64,000 bases of DNA, taken from the NCBI GenBank assembly GCA_964035545.1, contig OZ037771.1:13577133-13641132 (forward strand). Direction: 5' to 3'. Below are positions 32,440-50,048 of the stretch, one piece after another; within the stretch, counting starts at the first letter, position 1, and each line of letters begins with the position of its first letter. The translations under genes were made by a program, and so were the position numbers. Under the pieces are notes generated by a model that searched no databases, was not told where the DNA came from, and saw nothing but the letters and a program-made list of their open reading frames with translations. Source of the stretch: Bugula neritina (Eukaryota > Animalia > Bryozoa).

Positions 32440-35400
32440 TCATTCTGGGCACGACTCCACGGCATTGAATATCATCTTCCCTCCAGGACAGGTGAGAGCT
32501 ACGCCAATACTCAAATATTCCCCTTCGGAGTTCTTCTTAGCAGCAATAATACTAAAAATAACTATCATATGTACACAATACCTTTGAGAGCTCACGCAAT
32601 AAAATAAAAAATTAAATAATTTCTCAGGTTTACTGTTTAATACAAATTTCACAAGCTAATTAAACTATTTTTATGAAAACTATTTAAATTTAACTCAAAC
32701 TCATGGTTTTTGAAAGTTTATTAAACTCAATTAGTTGAAGAAAATTTCTCTGTTTAGAGTTTGATATACTCTGAACTAAAGCATGTTATATCAGTATCTC
32801 AACATAATTATATTGACGTATTAGAAAAACTATTTTTGCACATTACATAATTTGTGGAATTGCTAATCATGCTTATATTTCCTTGTTTTCAACTGTATGT
32901 TTCCAGGTATTCTAGTATCTCACAAAAAAACTTTGTTTCTTTGCAAAGTAAAAATATAAACTTAACTCTCATTTTATATGTGCACTAGTAAACTTAAATG
33001 ATTGTAATAAATTTTTTTAATTGAAATTTTATTTGCATTTTTTTATGAATTTATACATTTCAATAAACAACTCATGCATGTAATTAAATTAATGTTTTTT
33101 GGTAAATTTTAATTGATATTCTTTATTTCATATTCTAAATTATAGCACTTACTGATCGGGTTGCTGGTTGGTATAAATTTCCAAAGCTTTCAAGTCCAGT
33201 GCCAGAGGAAGTTTTGTTGTGAGCTCTGAAACCACATCTTCTGTTGATTTCTGATGATTTACTATCTGAACAGGCCAGTACAGAAAGAGAGAACTTCTAT
33301 TGCAGTAGTAGTTAGCTTCTTTGGCTGTCACACGGCAATCTAAATAAGAAAAGAAATTCATTGATGAGCCTTGGTTCATTAGACTTTATTAACTAATAGA
33401 AACACTAAAGAGACACTCACCACCAGCACAATAATGCTGAAGTTGTGCTCTCCTTGCAAGTAATGTTGCTTCAAGCATAGCCTTAGGAACTAAGTCACAC
33501 TGGGCGTCATACTCTGCTCTAAATATAACTCTTGCAATCGGCTCTGTAAGAAATGCATTTTGGTGAAACAGTATCAATCTCAAAAATGATCAAATATAAG
33601 TCCACCATTTCTTATATCTTCAATTAAGGCTATAAATTGAAACAAGTTAACAAACAATTGAAAACTACTGTTGAGTCTTTGATAATATATTAAATTTTAT
33701 TTATATAACTGCATGTTTATTTATTCATTTAATCTTTTTGTGTTTTAATATTGATTAATTGTTTAATATTGTAAAGCTGGGTAATAACTTTGCATTTACA
33801 TATGTATTATGTCTCAGCCTTTTCTGGTATTCACTAAACTAAATGTGAGGAACCCCTATAATGGAATGGCTTTTTTAAACTGGGCTAAGAACTCATTCAT
33901 GTGTGACACAGGAGCGATTATGACTGCATGTTTTTCTTAACATCACCTTAATGGCATTTATTGAGATTAGAAACCATGACTTCTGTTTTACTAAGCTAAA
34001 TTCTTTAACATCACCTAAAGAAATATGTTAATATACCGAAGTAGACTCTATATACATACAAATAAGTTCCAATGCCAACTTACCTCTTACAAAAACATAG
34101 TAAGAGCATATCTGTTCCAATTCATACTCAAATGTCATTTGGAATTCTCCTACAGGTAGCTCCTCTGTCTCTCCGCCGATTAGTGTGACTATTGTTGTAT
34201 TCCTACCAAATGGGAGAAATGCTGTAATGTTTCCTTGCTGGCACACGGTTTCTCTGTCTTGTAATAGAACAGAAATAGCACAGAATAATAAATATTCAGT
34301 TGCTGGTCATGTGACTTATACGTCTGCTACAGTTACTGGTCACGTGACTTGTAATATAAATACATATTATGTGTTTAAGTAGGCTTTGTGTAATATCATG
34401 CAGTTTTCTGTGGGTATTTCAATGCATGCATATCTCTTTGACCATATAACTGTCACACAAAATGATAAACTAGCGAACAATCAAAGCTTCCTTTTACATT
34501 TTTCAAATAGTCAATTTACAATGAGAGACATAAGTAATATGACAACAGTCAACCTAAAGCATTCACTGCAATGGATTTAAATCTTTCAATAGCCACTTTA
34601 ATTGTATGTAATTAAATGACATGGCAAGTTCATTTTGCAGCAAAGGGAAGCCTATTGAATAAATCATTACAAAAATAACAAAGCAAATATAATTTGTGTT
34701 TTATCTACACATGCAAAATCTACATGCTTGTAATTGTTAGGATCATTTATTTTCTCTCATCATACTTTAATGGAATGAAGAATATTAAATGCAAGCATCT
34801 ATTATAAATTACTATATAACGCAATATAACTACAATATTATGTTATATCTCTCTCTATATATAATAAACTATACACAGTAATACTACACGTAATATGTAT
34901 GATACTGCTTCCCTATAGTATAGGCTACTATAATACTATGATTGTATATGTTATTATTATATTACTATGTGGTAGCATATATTAAGATAATACTATAAAA
35001 TTATAATTCTGTACCTATAACACTATATGATATTACATATATTACTACATAATATGTTATAGTATTCTAATAATAATTAATATGAAGTTATAATAATAAT
35101 ATATAATATTATATATTATATAACTGCATAAATATACTTACTATAATATTACCATATTGCTATATAATACTGGTTAACACAGACCTATAATGCCTGTGTT
35201 AACCAGTATAATATCGTTACAATGCTTTAACTTGCATATAAAATATTATAATGTATATAAACTGAATATTACTAACGAAATAAAAAGACTCCATAGGAAC
35301 AATTTCTGGAGTAATGCTCTTTTTTTGTTATATATAGTCCTTGATAATGCTTCATTTGACTTCCATCCTCCAACTCAATTTCAGCCACGTGTTTGCCTGC

Positions 35401-36091
35401 AGGTAGTTGGACGTAGCTGTGGAAATATGGACATGGCAAGTGTTCACCTGCATAGTGTTTAAACAGATACAAGTTGATCAGGGTTGCATTTTATGGCATT
35501 GCTAGTATAAGATATGAATATGTTTAATTATTTCTCATTGTATAAATTAATTTAGTTTATTAAAACCTCATCCATGGGCGACTTGGAAGTTTTTTTTTAA
35601 ATTTTAAGCTTGAAATTGTTCAGAAAATTTAGAACTTTTAACTTCAACTCTGGTCATTGTAATAAAAAAGTCTTATGTAACGTGACATCTATAAATAACT
35701 ATTGCAAATGATGCTTTTTAAAATATGAATTGCAAAAACATAATTTGAAATTTAAATTGTGCATTATTGTCATTATACAAATGCCAGGAGGAGAAAACCT
35801 ATTATTACTATAATAGTAACTATATAGAATAATAATAAGACTATAGTATATTAACTGTAGTGAGTTATAGTACTAATACTATATACAGTAGGGGACTATA
35901 GTGAGTAGTACTAGTACTAGCAGTGACTATAGTAAGTAGTACTACAGTACTAGTAGTGACTAGTAAAAGCTATAAGTGTATCAACTGACAAATCACTTAC
36001 CAACTTCACAATCCTGTACAAGGGATTGATTCGTAGCTTCAGTCCAACTCGTAACACAGGTTGTTACAAAAATTATCACAGTGAGATGCAT
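32440..36091 (-). CDS. Paralog 4: secreted, propeller-less member (~285 aa, two HYR-like modules plus C-terminal domain)
   Basis: Exons 36091..36001 (MHLTVIIFVTTCVTSWTEA..., phase 1), 35447..35277, 34257..34084, 33543..33421, 33339..33153, 32551..32440; 858 nt in frame. No room or sequence for a propeller exon between 35447 and the end of paralog 5 (37119). Confidence 0.8.
33850..34010 (-). mobile_element. SINE family 1 copy, degenerate
   Basis: CACAGGAGCGATTATGACTGCATG..TAACATCACC. Confidence 0.7.
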
Positions 36092-37118
36092 TCTAGTGTA
36101 AGCTAGCAAATATACAGTATGAGTCTTTCATTTGATAGCAAAGCTGTGACTGCATATAATTTCTCATCACATGACAAACTGCATGCTATAATTTATATAA
36201 ATACCAGCTTCAGTTAAGTTGTTAAGTAGATGTTATAGCAGATCATTGTTCAGGAAAACTTGAAGGGCTACTTCTGATTGGATTAGCAAATTGTATGTTC
36301 AAGCTTAGTGACTTTAATGACTATAGGTATTATAAAAAAGAAAATTAGGTGCATTTATGAAAGTTATCATATTTCCTAAACAATAAAACAGCAAATTTAT
36401 TCTTTACTGATAACAAACTTTTCTCAGGCAACTTTCAATAAACTCCGTGAAAAGCTGTCATAACGTTTCAAGTTGAGACTTAAAACAAGCATAGAATTTG
36501 AGAGCTAGGGGATGATTTATTAATTTATCACAAACTTTGTTAAATTATATGTATTGGCACTGCAGTTTCTATTCTAGCAATATAACATCTGTTTATGGCT
36601 GTTCTTAGATTTATTATTGCTTCAACTCCCTGGCTGTACATAACATATAATTATAGCATATTATAGCTTTTTTGTGGATAAGAATTAACCACAGCTATAT
36701 CTAGTTTTAGTTTTGTCAAAAATTTTCAACCAGTTTACTATATAATCATAACTATAGACTTTCATTTCTTTTTTGCGAGAATAATTAAATATATTGATTA
36801 TTTGATACAGCCACAACTTTTGAGTTTAATAGGTTTTGTCTACATGCAGGCATTGCATGCTAGATCATACTTTAATAACAGAGCTTTCACTAAAACAGCT
36901 AGAAGCGATTCAAAAGTTTTTTTATGTTTTTATACTTCTCAAAAAGAAAAACAAATAAGATAAAAAATCTGAAACCTTCATTATGTGAAAAAATTGTTAT
37001 ATTGTAATTATTTTTTAAAATACATTATAAACTTATTGTTACACATATCAGGTAGCACCTATATGCAATGAGAAATAAATAATATTATTATATTATATAT
37101 AGTCCAGAACTCCATCCT

Positions 37119-39200
37119 CTAGACATCAATGAAATTGTAAGTTTCGTATGCCGTGCAGTCACCTGCGGCATCAACCATCACCGCCCCATCAGAACAATCA
37201 GGTGCAAGACCTACGTGCACAGCTTGCCCATTTAAGTTCTTTTTAGCAGCAACTATCCTACAAATAAAAGAATTATGAAAGCTAAGTTCCAATATATTTC
37301 AATAATATTCAAATAAATTGCATGTAGAATATATATCGTGCCAATATAAATAAATATAACATTTAACTGTGAAGTGCTCAATCTAAGGACAAAGAAAAAA
37401 AACCACAGCTTTTACAAATCTTTTATATTGTGTATAAAATATTGGGTGGCAAAATTTTGAACCACACTTTGTAATATTGTCTACTATTTTGAGGAACTAC
37501 AAATTAAAGTTGCCCTATACATAGATGTCAATAGAGAAAGAGTAGATAAATGTACACTTACGGGCTAGACTTATCGTGGATGTAAGCTTCTAAAACGTGT
37601 AAATCCTTCGTATGCTGCAACTTCTCTCTAAGTTCACCAATCAGCTCATCAGTATACTGAAGGCTGGCTTGTTTGGCTGGCCACTGAACAATTAGGGTAT
37701 CCGAGGAACAGAAGTAATTTGGTTTAACATCGTTAGCAATAACACACTCTATAAACAACATAAAATACTTTACAATTGAGATAATATACTAAAGTAATAT
37801 TGCAAGCAATAAGTCTTTTCTTAAAAACTTTATATAGTGGGAAGACCCCTGATGAAAAGAGTTTTTGTTAAAGCGGGCTAAGGACTTATTTAAATGAGGC
37901 ACAGGAGCAATTATGACTGGATGCTCTTCCTAACATCACCAATGGCCTTTGTGAGGGCTCGAACTCAGGACCTCTTGTTTACTAGGCAAATGCTTTAACC
38001 CCTAGACCACGGCTGCAAGTTTTTTTATTAATGAGTAAAAATAAAGATATTATAATATAGATGCTGTGTATTGCTGTGTGTTCTGGTTATGTTGCAGCTA
38101 TTATATAAGCTATTTAAGAAAAGCTTTAAAAAGCTTTCAGTTATATATAGCTGAATTTATAGATATATATATGTTATGTACTTGCACTTGCGTTGTACTA
38201 GTGAACAATGGTTTCAATGCCCTAAGCACAATAAAACATGTAGTGTTGTAATTACCCAGTGACTCCTGTAGTGTAATTGGTTAGCACGCTTGTTTGTAAG
38301 CCAGCAATCTGTTGTTAAAATTCTGGAGGAGCCAATTAGTTTTCAACATATATTTGTCACAAAAGAAAGAAAACTTACTATCACCGCATATAAGATGCTG
38401 AAGTTGATCTCTTCGGTAAAGAAATGTGGCGTATAGCAAAGCAGAAGCAATGCTGTTTCTGTTTACGAATTGACATTGCACATCATACTCCGCTCTAAAT
38501 AACAAGTCAGCTCTGGGTGCATCTGTAAATAGAGAAGCCCTAATTTACACATAAAATTTATAGTTATCTCTCTATAAGCTGTGTTTTGCATTTGACATTT
38601 GTTGGTTTTTAAAAAAAAAAAATATTTCTGTGGTCAATGCTGTAAAACCATTAAATCAAGGCGTTAAGAGCAATTGTTGACTTAAACTATAAGCCATTTA
38701 ATCATTGGAAGTTTTGTCTATTAATGTTAAGAAATCTTCCTGAATTGATTGAAAAAAACAATTGAAAACACAGACTGGAGTCTGTAAATAAGCACAATAT
38801 TAAATCAACATTTCACATATACTATCGCTATGGAAACTATTAGTATTTTAGTTATGATAAAAGTTCTCACACACCGATGTTGCTAATAAATTATTGGTTT
38901 ATGGTATATTCCACAACCCCCTGCAGTGTTTATGAGTAGTTTCTTGTAGACTATATTTAGGTAAAATTGAATGTTATTCACCTTTTACACTAACATTGTA
39001 TTCACATGAAAAGTTAGAGTCAGGGCTGTGTTCCCATATCATTGTAAAGTTTCCCTTTGGCACCTTGACTGTCTCTCCACCAACTAGTGTTACATCAGCT
39101 TTTGTTTGACCGTGAGGTATGAATGCAGTAATGGCTTCAGTTGGGCAAACGGAATCTCTCCCTAAACAGAAAAAATATATTTAAATGGTGACGCAGTTTG

Positions 39201-39231
<31 letters not shown>

Positions 39232-42200
39232 GAGCTATCTCAATTAAAATAAACCTAAGCATGGAAATAAGCAAAACAATTATATAATTTTAGTAAATTA
39301 ATAAAGCTTGTTAAAAATATAGTATTTCTGTAAAGTTGATGCACATGTTTCAAACAAATTGCAAAACATTATTTAGCCTAAAATGATTTTTTATACTATC
39401 ATTATAAACTTTTTCTTAGTTCTAAGAGAAGAATGAAAATATTGGCGTGGTTTGAGAATAATCTGGCTATTGTGAAACAATTATTATAAATTGCTTTCTA
39501 AGAATAAAAAAACTAGGTTGCTTTTATTCTTTTCAATTTTAAAGAAATCTGAAAATGTACTTTTTTTCAAATAAATTATTTTTTTCAAACTCTGAATTAG
39601 TAATAAAATATGTATTGGAAGTTTAGGACAGAAACAATTATATAAACTTGATATGTCTGCATGTGTCATTAATTAACAGCACAAACAAATCTTTAATTGG
39701 TAAAAAATTAGTTTGTTAAAGACTATAAATCTTTCCATTTATATATAAAAAGACATAATTTAAATTATTTTAATACCAATTGAACATATATCTGTTTACA
39801 AAAGACAGGGCTAGATGACATTAGGCAAAAATTACCCACCTGCCATGACAAAGGAATTATTATAAGAAATGTATATATATAACATACTAACGGAATACAA
39901 AGACATTAAATGAACACACTGTAGCTCCGTGTGCCTTGTTCACTTTGTGAATTCCTTCAGAAAAGTCAACTAGTGTCCCCTCTGTCAGTTTGACTTGTAC
40001 TGTTTGGCTGTATAGAGGTAACTCTGCCGAGATGTTATGGTACGGACATGGCAAGTTGTTACCTAAATAAATCGCAAGATATATATATTCGACAATGCAG
40101 AGTAATGAACCATAGATTGACAGTATAGAACTTTCTAAGCTGTTTTAGATCATGTAAAAACTTTTTTTAGGTTGTATGTAATATAACTGCATGTACGTTT
40201 ATTTATACATGTTTATATTTTAGTTGTATGGTTTATTTATATATATAATACACACAACAGCAATTATGACTGAATTCTCTTTGTAGCATCACCAATGGCC
40301 TTTACTGAGGTTTGAACCATGCATGATGTGTTTACTAGGCCAACACTCTATATAGACCGTGCATGACTGCTTTAACTGTATGATATACTATGTCTAGTTA
40401 GAATATTTTACAAAACTAAATCAGCATTCATAGCAACTCACAGTTTAACATTGTTATTTAAAATTACTTCTCCACAAATGCGAGCCTGAGTAGATTCCAC
40501 AAACATTTTTCTTTAAGAAATGAAATTGCAATAATATCAAATAATTTATGATTTAAGCAGAATATAGCAAAATATTTTGAAATTTATATTTTTAATTTCC
40601 AAGTGATAAACAGCTAAAGCCATCATACACGCATGCATACACATACATGCAGGCACATGTGCATACTACATGAAGTAAAACATATATTCAATATAGTTTT
40701 ATCTTACCAGATAGTTTATAAATGTTTTTTCTCAGTCCAACATAGATTACATCATCAATGTTTAGCAAAGCGCTCGGGTGCTCTGTGAATTCACTACTCG
40801 AAGTACAGGGGCTTTCTCCTAGAAAGCAAACAGGCCCAACTTCCTGTCTACTTTGATCTATAACTTTCAACTTGTAGTTGCTGAAATCAGCAATCAAAAG
40901 CTTGCCATGCAGTTCAACCATTTCTTTGGGAAATGCGAATGCAGCCACACTAAGGTTACCAATTGCATCCATTTCCCACATCACACCTGCCACTAAAGTG
41001 TTTGTCACAGTTCCATTATCAGACCAAGTCAGAGCTCGTACTACGTGTCTATTAAAGGTGACGAACAGTTGCTCCCCTAACCACTGCATACACATGGGGA
41101 AAGGATAGTAATACCCTGAGGCTACAGTACTCAGTTCTCCAGAAGTTAAGTCTACAGATCTTATAGCTAAGTTATATTGATCTGCAACTAGCAAATGCCC
41201 TGGGTTCCTAACATCAAGCACAACGCTATTGGGGTTGTGCATTTTCCCCTCCCCTAGTCCACCTGTGCTGTAACCGAAAGAGCCACATGTTCCAGCAAAA
41301 TCCCGCAATTCTTTGTTTGCTCTGTTAAACATCTTGATGCAATGGTGGATATAGTCAACTACAGCGACGTGAGTAAAATTTATTTGAGTGAAACCAGGAA
41401 TAGTGGGTAGCGTAACGAGTGTGGTAGCTCTGTGAGCGTCCACGGTTTTCAGTTGTCCTCCCATGCTGATCAGAATACTGTTACAACTCTTCTTATATTT
41501 ATCTGGCTCCATGTGATACACCATGTCGGTGGTTTCAAGGAATAATTCATATTTGTTGAACGATACACTAAAAAAAATTTTTGAAGCCGTAAATAAAGCA
41601 GGTCTTCAAAACTGTTTGGTAATCTGGAAAGTATACTATCTTTGAGGATAACAGGCACTGACTATATGTTTTTATAGGTGAATTTTTACATAACATTTCA
41701 ATATTAAGTCAAAAACGACATTCAATTTAGAAGATGTAAAATTCACATGTAGAAAACCTATTATAAAGTTCATGGGTGTAGTATATATGTGCAGTGTAAA
41801 ATTTGTATAGTTTATATACTACGGTGTGGTGTGTGTAGTGTATATACAGTGCAGTGTATATAATAGATATATGGTGTGTACTGCAAATATGTGTATGTTA
41901 CAGTGTTATACAGTGTATAGTGTGTGTAGTGTATATAATATAATATAGTGTGTAGTGTAGTATAGTGTGCATAGTGCAGGGAAAGTGTGTTGGGAGCAAA
42001 TGAACAATAATTAACTCTAAACGCATAAAATGTTTTTTCTAGAGAAGACAACTACTAAGAATTACAGATTTATTTTCTTAGATTATGTAAAGAATGACTG
42101 CTCTTAGAAATAAAGCCAAATCTCAGAGATACAGCTTTCAATTATCAACATAAAATGATTATCTAGCCAAACTTGCTACTGCATAGTGCATGCATACTTG

Positions 42201-43642
42201 CAGTTTACATGCAGAAATTGCATACAAGTGTATCACAAAGTTCATAGGACTACAGCTTTTATTACATTAATAATTAGTCTAATTCATAATTCACAATCAC
42301 GGGCTTTCCATGTACCAATCTCAGATCGATCTTAACGAGATCGATCTGAGAAATGTGCTCAGATCGATTGTTTTTCCATGAGAGTGTCAGATCGATCTCG
42401 CGAAGTTACCTCCTCTTTAGTGAAGGATACTTTAAAAGTATAATTTGTTCACCTATTTGAGTGATTAAAGCTACTACTGTTGAAAAGAAAATTTTCGTAG
42501 TCTAAAGTTTAATCCCAGCTATAAACTATACGGAGCAAAGCTTTCAGTGTATGGTAATTGGGCCAATTTAAAATAATTTATTTTAATTTTTTAGCTTGAC
42601 AGCTTATATAAGATTAATGGCTGTCTTGCAGATTATTAATAAACTTACAGGACTGTTAGGCTTAAAATTACAAAGAAAATAGTTAATGAAACTAAGTTTT
42701 AGTAGTCATTTAAATTCAGTTTAAATTCTCTCATTTTTTTTACCTTCTACTGCATATAATTGAAGTTTCCTAACCATTGTACTGAAAGTCAAAGTTTTGG
42801 CATCTGAAAAGGTGGCTATCATAATTATTTAATACTTTGTTTAGTAGTTATCAATAAGTTATCATTTTTATTAGCAGACAACATTGTAGCGCGCAGTCTT
42901 TTTCTACTTCTCAGGTCGATCTAGCGTCTTTCCATGGTCTTATTGACATGAGATCGATCTGAGTTCGAGCTTTACAGACCGACCAGCTCAGACCAACTGA
43001 GATCGATCTCTGGCGTCTTTCCATGGATCGATCTCACCGAGATCGATTTGAAATCGGTACATGGAAAGCCGGTGAATGTAATATAAACAGAAATCTTTTA
43101 CCTTGATAGGCTAGAGTTTGTCCAGTTTAGGAAAGACACCAGAATCTAAAAGTGGAACTCAACATGAGTTTTTGTTCATTCCTAGTTAAACTATAATCTT
43201 ATTATATAATAATGGAAATTAAAGTAAATTGTTAAAGCTAGCAAGAATTTCAAGTATATTAATGACACAACAGTATAGATATATAGTGAAGAAAAGTTAC
43301 GATATATAGCTCCATGTATTATAGCAGCAGCAAGCATACAACCAACAGCTCAAGCAAAGGGGGAGTGCATTGTTGGGACAATGTGACATGCCAGAACACA
43401 TTTAACATGATAAAACATCACTTGTGTTTACTTGTACTTATTCAAACACCTCTAAACAAAATCACTTATCCATTACTTGCTTTTCAATATATGACACTCG
43501 AACCAATAGCTTTACAATTAATGTTTAATTTTCTCTCTATTTCTAATCTAATTCTTATTGTTTTAAGTTGTCTATGTCTATCTGTAGTTAGGCTTAGGAA
43601 GATGTGAAATATACTTACGATTACCAGAAAGCAGAACTTCAT
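37119..43642 (-). CDS. Secreted NHL beta-propeller protein, paralog 5 (~582 aa, two HYR-like modules)
   Basis: Exons 43642..43619, 43145..43102, 41567..40708, 40062..39892, 39161..38982, 38522..38379, 37748..37562, 37257..37119; 1749 nt in frame. Confidence 0.87.
37832..38015 (-). mobile_element. SINE family 1 copy (best preserved)
   Basis: GCGGGCTAAGGACTTATTTAAATGAGGCACAGGAGCAATTATGACTGGATGCTCTTCCTAACATCACCAATGGCC...GGGCTCGAAC...CCCCTAGACCACGGCTGC. Confidence 0.9.
40253..40370 (-). mobile_element. SINE family 1 partial copy
   Basis: GCAATTATGACTGAA..CATCACCAATGGCC...GTTTACTAGGC. Confidence 0.75.
42298..43074. mobile_element. 777-bp non-autonomous DNA transposon with CAC...GTG TIRs, 3-bp TSD and AGATCGATCT subterminal palindromes (CACTA/CMC-like)
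   Basis: CACGGGCTTTCCATGTACCAATCTCAGATCGATCT pairs with AGATCGATTTGAAATCGGTACATGGAAAGCCGGTG; AAT on both flanks; about nine GATCGAT(C) motifs clustered at the two ends. Confidence 0.9.
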
Positions 43643-44357
43643 TGTTGTTTAAATTGCTTCTCCTATAGTGTGAAATGGTACGAGGTATAAGAAAACATCA
43701 CTTTAATGAATGGTTTATGATAGTTGATAATTATATGTTATTATATAATAGGTGTTATGTATTATTGTTTCTCAAGATTTGTAGATATGAGTGGTTGCCA
43801 CTGGCTTAATGATGGCATATGGGCATATTATTCCAGGAATCATCAAAAATATAAGTTTGAAGAACTGTTTGTATAGTACCTGATAAAGATATATGCATGA
43901 GCATGTGCTGTGCGTGTGCGTGTGTGTGTGTGTGAAGTAGACAGTTATATAGTTACATATATATTAGACTAGTGAAAAATAGTATTAGTTCAATAATTCT
44001 ATTTTAGTCCAACAGGATTCTTGTCAATACATTTTGAAACTTTTCGTTAAAATATGACTAAATAGTTTAAAGTCCAATTTAATCAAAAGTAAGGCACAGC
44101 TTTCAGTTTGTTTATTATTGTAGGTAAGTTGCGAACTTGTAGTAGGTTGCATAAATAAGCAATCCATCAATAAACAAAACTATAGGCAAAGGCTTGAGCT
44201 GAAAAAATATGGAATATAGCAAATATTTAAACATATCACCTTTTAATTCACCGCTAAATTAATTTCTATTAGTAGAATTTCTTAAATACCATAAAGATTT
44301 TGTGACTGTTTTATAAGTACATAAGGAAACTGCTTTGTTAGAGGAAACTGAACTTCT

Positions 44358-49189
<4,832 letters not shown>

Positions 49190-50048
49190 ACTTGCTTGCT
49201 ATGCTTATTACAGCCTCACAGGTGTCTGTTAAACTAGACATTATGCAACACATTGGCACGTAGACCCTACTAATTATACGTGAATACTTCACACAAGTCA
49301 TGTTCACTATATAACTGTAATTTTCTTCTCTAATAGTACACCATATAATTATCAACTCTAGTAGAAACAGGCTCAGTGCAATAACTTGCCAGTTTCAGAG
49401 AAAAGATGTTGCAACAAGTAACCTGGGAAAGCAACCAGTAATTTGTTATTATTGCTTTTATATTAGACTTTTTAGGCTTTGTGTACTTTCATTGGTGCTA
49501 TAGGTAGCATAATCTACACGCTTTTCAGCTTAATAATAAGTTAGTAAAATGCAATATTCTGTGAGATAAGTAATTGTCTTCCCTTGCTTTTCACTACTCG
49601 ACCATGACATTAGACTCTATAAAGCATGATTTGCAAAGGATTATATAAATATAAGTGTTTGTAACTATATATATATATATATATTCATGATTTACAAAAG
49701 GCAAAAATTCATTTGATGAATGTAGCTTAAAGATGTCATCAAAGTACATTCTGTTTTATTTATACTAGCACTTGGAAAGAACTGCATGATAAACTTAAAC
49801 TGCAATACAGAGATTGAGAAAAATATTTAAACTGTTTTTGAAATTATAAGTTAAAATATATTAATTAGCCTCTTTCTTCTAACCATGACATTTCTAAGTC
49901 TTTGCTATGAAAATTAAAAAAAAGATATATTTTGTGCAAATATATAATTAAGCTGGGTTACAATAATAATTCTGGTAACATAAATACTAATAAATAATGT
50001 TATAGCTAATGATGTTATGAAATGTTAAGTTAATTTTAGCCTCATATT

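Noticed and set aside
37945-38015. Possible tRNA-Thr(AGT) gene (also 4195..4265)
   Set aside because: The acceptor stem does not close and the sequence continues into a shared SINE body.
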